Positions 53,051-64,000 of a stretch of DNA of 64,000 bases are shown one piece after another. Under the pieces are notes generated by a model. It was given only the letters and a program-made list of their open reading frames with translations, ran no database searches and had not been told where the DNA came from. The stretch's first letter is position 1, and each line of letters begins with the position of its first letter. The translations under genes were made by a program, and so were the position numbers. Source of the stretch: Octopus vulgaris (Eukaryota); contig OX597840.1 in assembly GCA_951406725.2 (NCBI GenBank), positions 30,380,001 through 30,444,000 on the forward strand, written 5' to 3'.

Positions 53051-53433
53051 CAGCCCCCTAAAAATCCCTTGCATATTATACTCAAGGGCGGACTATACTC
53101 GAGGATTTACAGTAGTTTGTCAAATTTAATCCTTATTTATTAAAATTGTTCTGAATTAACCATGTATTATCTTATAATTTTGAAATTTTGATGATGTGAT
53201 TGTTTATTTTTAGAATGAAATTGTAGGATAGGCACAAGGGGCCAGATCTGGTCAATTTGTAACATAAAACAGAATATTTGAGCTGGTTATAGCCAGGTTA
53301 AATGCTAAAGGGTTTTAAGAAATGGTATTAAAATAATTAAACCCTTTTGTTAAAACTCATTGCTTTTGTTCCAATTAAAATGTGAAATTAAGTGAATTTC
53401 AAAAGCTATCTTTATCATTCTTAATAATGGTAA

Positions 53434-53937
53434 GTGGAACATAGGCTCACCAATGGAGAAGTTCTTAAGCAGATCAGGCCGAAAATGTCACTAGAAGCTA
53501 GGATCACCAAGCATAGATTGGCATATTTTGGTCATATTATGAGGAAAAAATCCCTGGAGAAGGACATCATGCTTGGAATGGTCAGTGGCAAGAGAGGAAG
53601 AGGCCGACCAAGAACCCACTGGCTTGACACCATCAAGTGTGATACCGGAATGGACATAGCCAATCTGAAAGAAGCGGTCCAGGATAGAACTGACTGGAGG
53701 ACACTGATCCAATGAGTAACCGAGAGTCGACTTCGACTGAGCGGATATATATATATATATATATACGGAATGGTCAGTGGCAAGAGAGGAAGAGGCCGAC
53801 CAAGAAACCGCTGGCTTGACACCATCAGGAGTGATACCAGAATGGCTGTAGCCAGTCTGAAGGAAACGGCCCAGGATAGAACTGACTGGTGGACACTGAT
53901 CCATCGAGTGACCGAGAGTCGACTTCGACTGAGCGGA
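53434..53937 (+). mobile_element. BovB-like RTE 3' end with partial tandem second copy (from ~53767)
   Basis: SLEARITKHRLAYFGHIMRKKSLEKDIMLGMVSGKRGRGRP..WLDTI...VTESRLRLSG; microsatellite tails. Confidence 0.75.
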
Positions 53938-54385
53938 TAGATAGATAGATAGATAGGAACATAGCATGAAAGTTTGATGAAGGTTTTTAACTTAGACCAC
54001 TTTGAAACAGTAAATTTGTATTATGGAACCAAAACTGGTCTCAAGGTGTTCTTGGTATCAAAAAGTTTAAGCCTTCCCCTTGTGCCATGAAAGTAGATAA
54101 TATTTATTTAAGAATTCCAAATACAAAGATCTTATAAAGTGAGAAGGGTTAACATTATTAACTGACCACACACATACACATACAAACAGACAGAAGCACA
54201 CACATACGCACATATATGCATGTACACACACAGACACACATACACACACAAATACTTGCGGGAGGTTTCTTCTCTTTATTCAGATTGATAAATACCATTC
54301 TAGGGGTTCTTGGTACATGATATCAGAATCTTCTATGGAAAACTAATAACCTTTACTGAGCTTCACAGTTTAATGCCAAAAGCTA

Positions 54386-54416
<31 letters not shown>

Positions 54417-54697
54417 GTTATATATTAAAAAATAATGTCTATCCTTAAAATAAGTATGTAATATCCAAGGGAGATTTGTCTGCTATTTCTATAATAGGTC
54501 AAGAATGCACATACTGGCTTCATTACTGATTTGTCTTCTTAAAAGAAATTCCAGATACTGGCAGCAAAGAATTAACCATTTTTTTTTTCTTTTTTCTTGG
54601 ATTTTTTTTTTTTTAATAACTCTGATAGAATTGGAATTTTCCTCTGCAGTATGAGAGAGATTTCCTCCTACATTAATAAATAATAATAATAATAATG

Positions 54698-54729
<32 letters not shown>

Positions 54730-54806
54730 TAATAATAATAATAATAATAATGATAATAATGATAATAATAATAATGATAATAATAATAATAATAAAAATA
54801 ATAAAA

Positions 54807-54843
<37 letters not shown>

Positions 54844-54865
54844 GTAGTAATAATAATAATAATAA

Positions 54866-54896
<31 letters not shown>

Positions 54897-54909
54897 AATT
54901 ATAATGATC

Positions 54910-54946
<37 letters not shown>

Positions 54947-54948
<2 letters not shown>

Positions 54949-55503
54949 GCCCTGATCTAGTACCAGGCAGTGGCTCTCATGGCTTCTGATCTTAACTGAT
55001 TGGAAGTGTTATCATGTACATTGTTTTGTCTTGGTATAAAAGATGGGCTACAGCAAATATTCTGCTCAATACCACAGATTTGCTTGTCAGTTGTTTGACC
55101 TTAACCAGTTGAGCATGTCCCTTAGTGACTGACGATATGTGCATCTCTGATCACGAGCAGAAGTAGTGGGGGAGCATCATAGCCATGTGTTGAGAGGGAT
55201 TCTTTGGGGTTTGAATAGTTCACCTCTGGAAACATGGGTGGTTCTTTCAACATCCTTAAACAACCCTTATTCATGGACCGTTTGAGCAGGATGGGTTACT
55301 CAGCCTGAAGAAAATTCTAACTGGGCCCCACCTGCAAGGTCATGTGCTGTTTATCTTGATATGAGATCACCATGTCGCGCACATATGGTTGTGATGCATG
55401 TGCCTGGTGTACCTTTATCAGACGGGTAGTCATGATGGGTATATTGGGCTTCGTATATTTTACCCCAGTGTCACTTTGATGGCATGAACTGCTCTCTCAC
55501 TCA
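54947..55503 (+). mobile_element. Element F, longest copy (~557 bp), within (AAT)n
   Basis: Long (AAT)n both sides; other copies at 19435 and 34134. Confidence 0.75.
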
Positions 55504-55608
55504 ATAATAATAATAATAATAATAATATTAATAATAATAACAATAATAATAATAATAATAATAATGATAATAATAATAATAATAATAACAACAATAATAA
55601 TAATAATG

Positions 55609-55649
<41 letters not shown>

Positions 55650-55716
55650 TAATAATAATAATAATAATGATAATAATAATAATGATAATAACAATAATAA
55701 TAATAATGATAATAAC

Positions 55717-55752
<36 letters not shown>

Positions 55753-55929
55753 TAATAATAATAATAATAATAATAAAAAATAATAATAATAATAATAATA
55801 ATGATAATAATAATAATGATAATAACAATAATAATAATAACAATAATATTAATAATAATGATAATAATAATAATAATAATGATAATAATAATAATGATAA
55901 TAATAATAATAATAATAATAATAATAGTG

Positions 55930-55972
<43 letters not shown>

Positions 55973-56276
55973 TAATAATAAGTTTACTAAGATTCCCACT
56001 CAGAATAAGAGAATTGCATATGATATGAAATTTATCTTCTTTGCAAAAAAAAAAAAAGAAAATGGTTATTAAAAAAATAGTAAATAAGAAAAAAAAATTA
56101 CATTTCTTTGTATTCAAAAGCAATTATGGTTATTACAGTTTTATATACGTGTATGTGTGTGTGTGTGTTTGTGCATATATATGTATGAGTATGTGTGTGT
56201 ACAAATGTGTGCATGTGTGTGTTCATATGTATATTTATATGTATGTGTGCGCGTATATATGTGTGTGAATATTTGT

Positions 56277-56312
<36 letters not shown>

Positions 56313-56428
56313 TGGGTGTATATGTGTGTATATGTGCATGTTTGTGTATATATATATGTGTGTGTGTATTTGTGCACATATATGTATGAGTATGTATGTG
56401 TCTGTATATATGTGTGTGTGAATATTTG

Positions 56429-56461
<33 letters not shown>

Positions 56462-56964
56462 ATGTGTGTATATGTGCATGTTTGTATATATATGTGTGTG
56501 TGTGTATTTGTGCACATATATGTATGAGTATGTATGTGTATAAATGTGTGCATGTGTGTGTATATATACATGTGTGAATATTTGCCTATATATATATGTG
56601 TGTGTGTGTGTATATGTGTGTATATGTGTATGTTTGTATATATATATGTATATATATGTGTGTGAGTGTGTGTGTGTGTATTAGAAGAGAAAAAAATGTA
56701 TATATTTTCCTCATAAATCCTTGCTCAAAAAAAGCTACCCTAGTTTAATGGAAAGAACTTTTAAAAGATCAATAATGTAGAAGAATGTTAGATGGATTGG
56801 CACAAACCTTTAAATATCACAATATTTTCTCATATTTTGTATTCTCTGAAAGTCTCCTTGAGAGGATCAATGGCATAAAAATGTCAAATTAAATGGTATA
56901 GTCACAGTAGCACTGGTATCAGATATCTCTGTATATATTATATTCTGAAGGTGAAGGTATATGG

Positions 56965-58454
56965 GTTGGTGGTTAGAGAACTGAGCTCACAATCATGAGG
57001 TAGTGAGTTCGATTCCTGCACCGGGTTGTGTGTTGTGTTTTTGAGCAAGACACTGCGGCTTTATACAGCTATGGTAAGACCTCCCCTGGAATTTGCATCA
57101 CCGGTCTGGAACCCCTATCTTGCCCAGGATATTAATAGTCTGGAAGCCGTTCAGCAACGTGCAACCAAAAGAATACCCTCAATCAGGCATTTGCCATATT
57201 CTGAACGCCTTACTTCCCTGGGCATGGACACATTGAAACTCCGACGTCTGACAGCTGACTTGGCAGACACCTATAAAATTATTAACCATCTTACAATCAA
57301 TAACTCTGAGCAACTTTTCAAACTCCACCTATCTAACACCCGTGGACATGTTTACAAAGTCAGAAAACAGCACAACTCCGCTGACTTTCGGAAACATTTT
57401 TTCTGTGCACGGAACCAGGAATGGCTTCAACGCACTGCAGAATCGGCCGCCAATAGGCATGCATGGGCGTCCTTTGACCCATGACGCGGTGAACTCAATA
57501 GGAACCGGCTTAATCCCTTCCAGGTGAATACCCGTTATGAGGCAAGACAAGACATGCGGATACGGAAAAGTACAGGGTGGTCCGAAAGTCTTGTCACCAC
57601 CTGTAAATATTGTTTTAATTTTCTATTATCAAGGAGACAGTTTCAGACACCCATAAAATTATTAACCATCTTACTAACAATAACTCTGAGCACCTTTTCA
57701 ACTCCACCCGTCTAACACCCGTGGACATATTTACAAAGTCAAAAAACAGCACAGCTCCCATGACTTTCGGAAACATATTTTCACGCTAAGAGTTGCTGAA
57801 GCATGGAACAAACTGCCGGCATCAGTTGTTAGTTGTCGAAGCACTGCATCCTTCAAAACTTCCATGCTTCCTGAGATTCGCCAACACTACACCTGATTTT
57901 CTCTCCTCCATACACATGCAAGCATATATCTGACAACTAAGAGAATACCCTCCATCGGGCATTTACCATATTCTGAATGCCTCACTTCCCTGGGCATGGA
58001 TACACTGAAACTCTGACGTCTGACAGCTGACTTGGCAGACACCCATAGAATTATTAACCATCTTACTAACAATAACTCTGAGCACCTTTTCAAACTCCAC
58101 CTGTCTAACACCCGTGGGCATATTTACAAAGAAAACAGCACAGCTCCCATGACTTTCAGAAACATTTTTTCACGCTGAGATTTGCTGAAGCATGGAACAA
58201 ACTGCCGGCATCAGTTGTTAGTTGTCGGAGCACTGCATCCTTCAAAACTTCCATGCTTTCTGAGATTCGCCAACACTACACCTGATTTTTTCTCCTCCAT
58301 ACACACACAAGCATGTATCTGACTCATACATTGTTCGCTTTCCAGACATTTGAACATTACTGCATATACTTTATATGCACTTTCTGACAAGCTGTGGTGC
58401 ACTTGAGCACTGTATACAATAATTTCATTATTATTATTATAATTATGATTATTA

Positions 58455-58497
<43 letters not shown>

Positions 58498-58570
58498 TTC
58501 ACGTTGCTTCAGTTCACTCAGCTATAGAAATGAGTTATGATGTCACCGGTGCCAAGCTGTATCGGCCATT
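56965..58570 (+). mobile_element. V-domain-like tRNA SINE split by CR1 fragments (halves ~56965-57053 and ~58493-58570)
   Basis: GAGTTCGATTCC...TTGAGCAAGACACT | TATTTCACGTTGCTTCAGTTCACTCAGCT; an unsplit relative lies on minus at ~2285-2352. Confidence 0.6.
57054..58430 (+). mobile_element. CR1-clade LINE 3' end in three overlapping partial copies, (ATT)n tail
   Basis: LYTAMVRPPLEFASPVWNPY..VQQRATKRI..PYSERL..TRGH..RKHFF; copies ~57054-57402, ~57644-57932, ~57933-58430. Confidence 0.8.
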
Positions 58571-59152
58571 GCTGTGGCCATGCTGGAGCACCTTTGTAAA
58601 CAATCTTTTATTGCTTACTTGTGTCAGTCATTTGGCTGTGGCCATGCTGGGGCACCACCTTGAAGGGTTTATAGTCAAATGGATTGACCCCCAGTACTTA
58701 GCTTTTCTGTTTTAAGCTTATTACTTAGTCTATCGGTCTCTTTTCCTGAACCACTAAGTTACGGGGATGTAAACCTCCCAACAATGGTTGACAAGCAGTG
58801 GTGGGGGAAGACACAGACACAAGTGCACACGCACACACACACACACACATTTACATGACGGGCTTCTTTCAGTTTCTGCCTGCCAAACCCACTCAGAAGC
58901 CTTTGGTGGGCATGAGGCTCTGGTAGAAGACACTTGCCCAAGGGTTTGGGTTAGGATTAGTGGGACTGAACCTGGAACCATGTGGTTGGGAAGCAAGCTT
59001 CTTACCACACAGCCTTGCCTGCACCTAGAATGTAAAATTTAGTAAAATATGTTTCTTGTTATCAAACTGGTGTTTGGATTGTAAATTACTACATAATTTT
59101 GATGGAACATAAAAGCTCATTGTTACCCTGCACCAAAATACCCAAACCTATG

Positions 59153-59520
59153 GAAGCACTCCGTCGGTTCCGACGACGAGGGTTCCGGTTGATCCAATCA
59201 ATGGAACAGCCTGCTCGTGAAATTAACGTGTAAGTGGCTGAGCACTCCACTTAACGTAGTTCTCGGGGATATTCAGCGTGACACAGAGAGTGACAAGGCT
59301 GGCCCTTTGAAATACAGGTACAACAGAAACAGGAAGAAACAGTGAGAGAAAGTTGTGGCGAAAGAGTACAGCAGGGATCACCACCATCCCCTGCTGGAGC
59401 CTCGTGGAGCTTTTAGGTGTTTTCGCTCAATAAACACTCACAACGCCCGGTCTGGGAATCGAAACCGTGATCCTACGACCGCAAGTCCGCTGCACTAACC
59501 ACTGGGCCATTGCGCCTCCA
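59153..59520 (-). mobile_element. SINE-E
   Basis: Reverse complement of 38019-38407. Confidence 0.85.
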
Positions 59521-59552
59521 CATCTAAACCTATATTGTATGTACATAACATA

Positions 59553-59959
59553 GGCGCAGGAGTGGCTGTGTGGTAAGTAGCTTGCTTACCAACCACATGG
59601 TTCTGGGTTCAGTCCCACTGCATGGCATCTTGGGTAAGTGTCTTCTACTATAGCCTCGGGCCAGCCAAAGCCTTGTGAGTGGATTTGGTTGACGGAAACT
59701 GAAAGAAGCCTGTCGTATATATGTATATATATATATGAGTGTATGTGTCTGTGTTTGACCCCCTAGCATTTATTGACAACCGATGCTGGTGTGTTTACGT
59801 CCCCGTCACTTAGCGGTTCGGCAAAAGAGACCGATAGAATAAGTACTAGGCTTACAAAGAATAAGTACTGGGGTCGATTTGCTCGACTAAAGGCGGTGCT
59901 CCAGCATGGCCGCAGTCAAATGACTGAAACAAGTAAAAGAGTAAAAGAGTAAAGAGAGT
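59553..59959 (+). mobile_element. SINE-A, full length
   Basis: Family sequence. Confidence 0.9.
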
Positions 59960-60539
59960 ATATCTATTATATAAAATCCATTCTGTCTGTCTGTGCGTGT
60001 GTCTTCTAGGATCTCGGGCATCCTCCATCCGATTGCGCTCAAATTTGATATGTAGATACCGACAGTATCAGGGCATGTATAAGTCTTGAAAAAAAATTAC
60101 AAAAATCGATTCCAGTCCTGCATTACTTCCGTCAACCTGTACATAACTGCACCTTCCATTTTTTGTTGTTTTTGTACTGCTTAGAGACACGTTTCTTTCC
60201 TGCCAAGCTTACTGTTTAAACCATGTTTGTGTTCTCCCAGTCAACAGCCTTATCATTACTGGTACTTTAAACTCTTCGGTTGCATATTTGTGTGAATAAA
60301 ATCGTTTTTCTTTGGAATAGAAAAAAAGTCTATCTTTATTTCTTCTTTTGCTGGTGTCTCAAATTTAGGTTCAATTACTGTTTCTCAAAGGGGAGGCCTA
60401 TGGGACGGTCGGACAAGTTGTTTTGAGAAAATTTGGTTTAAATGTTTGACAACTCAGCACCGTCCATTGAACGGTGGGGGGTGGTGCTTTGCTCATATAA
60501 TATATATAGAGGTGAGTGTATGGGTATAATATAGACACA

Positions 60540-60965
60540 TGTTTCAACCTAATTGTATTTCATCAGCTGTAAGATTCCTGTCTTTTTGCCTTTCCTCTTC
60601 AGCAATTTCTTATCTAGAACTTCAGTATATATGTTATTCCTTTTTACTTCAGTGTGTGAATGAAAAAAAAAAAATTTGGTTGTTATTTCTAGTCCATAGA
60701 GGCTTCCTCTTATTGGCTCCGCTTAAACTTGCTGTTTCTTACTTCTTCTCTAATCTTCTTTGGTAATCAATTCCTGTTTCTTTTCTAAGACGGTTTTTCG
60801 CAAATTAACTTGTTGCACCACTTCCTGAATAATTTCCAAGAATGGTTTCTGACGAAATTCCAATAATATATATTCTTTCCTCGGGCATTCGCTTTTCCTA
60901 TTATTGCCGTACAAGCATACACAATATATTCTCACCTCCATCTGTGGAGTAATGACGGCAATTTT
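60540..60965 (-). pseudogene. Possible heavily degraded Tc1/mariner transposase N-terminal region
   Basis: HYST..RIYCVCLY...EFRQKP...QEVVQQVNLRKTV..ELITKE loosely recalls paired-like HTH starts; stops and frameshifts. Confidence 0.3.
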
Positions 60966-60999
60966 TTTCCTCTTTTGTCAAGAAAACAAATAAATTGCT

Positions 61000-61048
<49 letters not shown>

Positions 61049-61543
61049 TCATGCGCTTGACTCTGCGCCACCAGATATAAAAGCTCACCTTTAAGCTACT
61101 ACCATTCATATGTCTTTTACTGTGCTGCACCAAGAATTTCTGTGCACCATTAACGTTTGCTAGGTGTTCAAGGTAGTGTGTGTATATATATTTATACACT
61201 GACCCCTTAAAAGTAAATAGACACCACTTGTAACGTCTTATTTACTGAAATAGATGTCGGATATTTTAAATCCTTTCCAACACTCATTATTTATAAACTC
61301 TATGTATCTTTTTTTTTTTATATATAATATGCCACACCTGGAACCAATCCTGAATCAGATCTGCAGTTTAAATTGGATTTAGTACTTTCATACCTGCAGT
61401 ATCCTACAAACATTTGATACTTTCATCATTTTACTTCTCTGTGCACCCTAAGTTATTGTACCTAGCCATTTTTGGCATCCTACATGTTGATGTGCCTAGA
61501 TTCTATTAAATTATGTAACTAATCAATCTATCTGTTTATCTAT

Positions 61544-61575
<32 letters not shown>

Positions 61576-61579
<4 letters not shown>

Positions 61580-61764
61580 GGAAAGTTTACGAAAATAAAC
61601 AAAAGACGAAGGCAGGTGGAGTACAAACAAACAAATGTATTAGTATAACGCTCAGGAATAGAAAAAGTCTTTTACGTTTAGAGCCTACGCTCTTCTACAG
61701 AAAGAAACACAGAAAAAAAACAAGGAGAGAAAAAAAATGTGTGTAGGAGCTAACGATCTATTAT

Positions 61765-61770
<6 letters not shown>
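61576..61770 (-). mobile_element. Second copy of hammerhead-like-motif repeat
   Basis: Reverse complement of 28083-28252; motif at 61668-61705. Confidence 0.6.
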
Positions 61771-61814
<44 letters not shown>

Positions 61815-61930
61815 GCCCCAGTCGAACCGTCCAACCCGTGCTAGCACGGAAAGCGAACGTTAAACGATGATGATGAAGATGATAGCTGTTTATATTAATA
61901 TTTAGTATATACATTAGCATTTCACTAAAT

Positions 61931-62152
61931 CATCATCATCCTCATCGTTTAACGTCCGCTTTCCCTGCTGGCATGGGTTGGACGATTTGACTGAGGACTG
62001 GTGAACCAGATGGCTGCACCAGGCTCCAATCCGATCTGGCAGAGTTTCTACAGCTGGATGCCCTTCCTAATGCCAACCACTCCAAGAGTATAGTGGGTGC
62101 TTTTACATGCCACCAGCATGAGGGCCAGTTAGGCGTTACTGGCAACGACCCA
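61931..62152 (-). mobile_element. RTE LINE 3'-UTR fragment
   Basis: Family sequence; a short plus-strand tip lies at ~61815-61881. Confidence 0.85.
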
Positions 62153-62463
62153 TCCATAAATTTTTATGGTAAATATATGTATGCTGGCAGATGGAATTAG
62201 CTGACCCTCACCTGTTTGAGCAGTCACCACTGACAATGCCTAAGGTATAGGCGAAACCAGGCCTAGTCTGGTGATCCTTGAGATGGTCATGGGACACTTA
62301 CCACCCTTGTCAGTATATGTATATATTTGCCCTCTTCTTATAGCCTTTTAGTATTTTAACTCTTATTTCTTGCAATGTAGGTGCTTTGGCACTCTTAGTC
62401 GCACTTAGTGACAATTAAAGTTTACCTTTATGGTATCACATTATATCCAGCTGTTTATATTAA

Positions 62464-62857
62464 TCTATATATATAAAGCTGAAGTTGTCTGTGTGTGGCA
62501 GGTTTGGTAGCCTTCAACTAACACTATCTCCTCCGAGACCCTGCGGCACAAGTTGACCAAAATTGAGAGTATGATAGAAGAAGGCTTGCTCTTCATTCCG
62601 TAGAAGATAAAATTCAAATCGGACCATGTTAACACCAAAAATTACTTACATCAAAAAGGTGCTTTTTTTCTATGAAAATCCCTATTTTTTACGAATTTTT
62701 GACTGACTGCTGTGTCGCCACTTTTCGGTGTATTTCAACCAGAAAAATGTTCACTTAAAGAGAATAACAAGCTACATAATGCAAAATTTTTACTTTTCAA
62801 AAATTCCAATTCTAAAGGGTCGAAACAAACCCGAGCAACGCCGGGCGATACTGCTAG
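62464..62857 (+). mobile_element. Complete non-autonomous Helitron (394 bp)
   Basis: A|TCTATATATATAAA...CCCGAGCAACGCCGGG...CTAG|T; no TSD. Confidence 0.85.
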
Positions 62858-63422
62858 TTTATGTATAACATTGCTATTATGAAAGTGTCCTAAGTCCAAA
62901 ATGTTGCTTTTTCAGAAAATGAAAAAATAGTTTGACTATTCCATAGCAAAACCATTGTACTATACTTTGACAAGTTTTGACATCTTGGCATCTGAAGCAG
63001 CTGGAGATGCGATAGTTTGAGCAAAAGAACCGGCTATTACAAGCAAAAATAGATTTTGAAAGAAATGCATTTGGCCAAATGCATTTGCCCCAATGAAAGG
63101 AACACAGTACACTTTGTAAAGTGATTGGCATTCGGAAGGGCATCCAGCCATCAAAAATGTGCCAAAACAGATGATGAATATGGTGTAGTTCTTTGGCTCA
63201 CCAGCCTATGTCATAATGTCGGACAGATGCCACCATGCAAAAAACAGATGTTGTAGTTGATGAAGATAATGGTGGTGGTGGTGATGATGATGATGATGAT
63301 GACGATGACGATGATGGCAATGACAATGATGACGATGTTGATGATGATGATGATGATGATGATGATGACAATGACGATGATGACTATGTTGATGATGATG
63401 ATGATGACAATGATGGTGATTG

Positions 63423-63460
<38 letters not shown>

Positions 63461-63631
63461 GTGGTGATGATGGTGAGGATGATGATGGTGGTGATGATGA
63501 TGATGCAGCAGCAGCAGGTACAACATGTACTTTCCAGACACTTATGGTACAGAATTCTGCCCAAATTTACATGCAGAATTTTCTAATTCTTGCAACCAGC
63601 AGACTAATTAATTTGCCTGGCATTGTACTCT

Positions 63632-63975
63632 AAGAAGCTTGCCTCCCAACCACATGGTTCTGGGTTCAGTCCCACTGTGTGGCACCTTGGGACAAGTGTC
63701 TTTTACTATAGCCTCGGGGTCGACCAAAGCCTTGTGAGTGGATTTGGTAAACGGAAACTGAAAGAACACCATCATGTGTGTGTCTGCCACGCCACCACAT
63801 GACAACTGGCTTATTTACATGCCTGTGACTTAGCAGTTCAGCAGAGAGACTGACAGGATAAGTACCTGGCTTAAAAGCATAGAAGTAAGTTCTGGGGTCA
63901 ATTCATTTTGATTAAAATTTCTTGAAGGTGGTGCTCCAGCATGGCCAATCTAATAACTAAATTAAGTAAAAATTA
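63632..63975 (+). mobile_element. Diverged SINE-A relative
   Basis: GGGTTCAGTCCCACTG head and GGTGCTCCAGCATGGCC tail. Confidence 0.75.
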
Positions 63976-64000
63976 AGACATAAAGATAAAAGATATAAAC

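Larger units (their letters stand above)
49776..53112. mobile_element. TA-flanked Tc1/mariner-pogo-type MITE (~515 bp when empty) hosting the RTE insertion
   Basis: TA|CCATAAATCCTTGAGTATAATCCGC...GCGGACTATACTCGAGGATTTACAG|TA, 21/25 inverted match. Confidence 0.8.

Noticed and set aside
54947-55100. HDV-like ribozyme at the 5' end of element F
   Set aside because: Only a simple hairpin found; could not build the nested pseudoknot.
56965-57402. New SINE-head/LINE-ORF chimera
   Set aside because: The rest of the SINE resumes at ~58493, so it is a nested insertion.
62916-63090. Coding-looking stretch after TTTTTCAG
   Set aside because: Stops in each plus frame; no recognisable domain.

Overview
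Eukaryotic, AT-rich, microsatellite-saturated animal DNA. The SINE/LINE repertoire and repeat density point to an octopus genome (inference, not a database result). The only convincing host coding sequence is two phase-1 exons on + (33713-33994, 35950-36261), each encoding one Ig domain of an immunoglobulin-superfamily protein; the rest is intron/intergenic DNA. Mobile elements: a 5'-truncated RTE LINE (50231-53050) with a long intact RT frame, nested in a TA-flanked MITE; many RTE 3'-UTR fragments; R4/Dong-like, CR1-like and BovB-like LINE remnants; several tRNA-derived SINE families; non-autonomous Helitrons; a TTAA-flanked MITE. Most notable: (i) several minimal hammerhead-ribozyme-like motifs of the Penelope type, one with a covariant A3-U8 core pair (1599-1633, minus); (ii) a Cys4-His-Cys3 PHD-type finger inside the RTE reverse transcriptase; (iii) a 126-bp direct duplication around a SINE; (iv) an inverted duplication interrupting an R4 RT; (v) orientation-consistent insertions at (TAA)n. 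Nearly all long ORFs in the track are microsatellite artefacts. No CRISPR, rRNA or true tRNA genes were seen, and I cannot claim a demonstrated new system, only testable candidates. Family names SINE-A/C/D/E and element F are my own labels; repeat boundaries are approximate unless termini are quoted.
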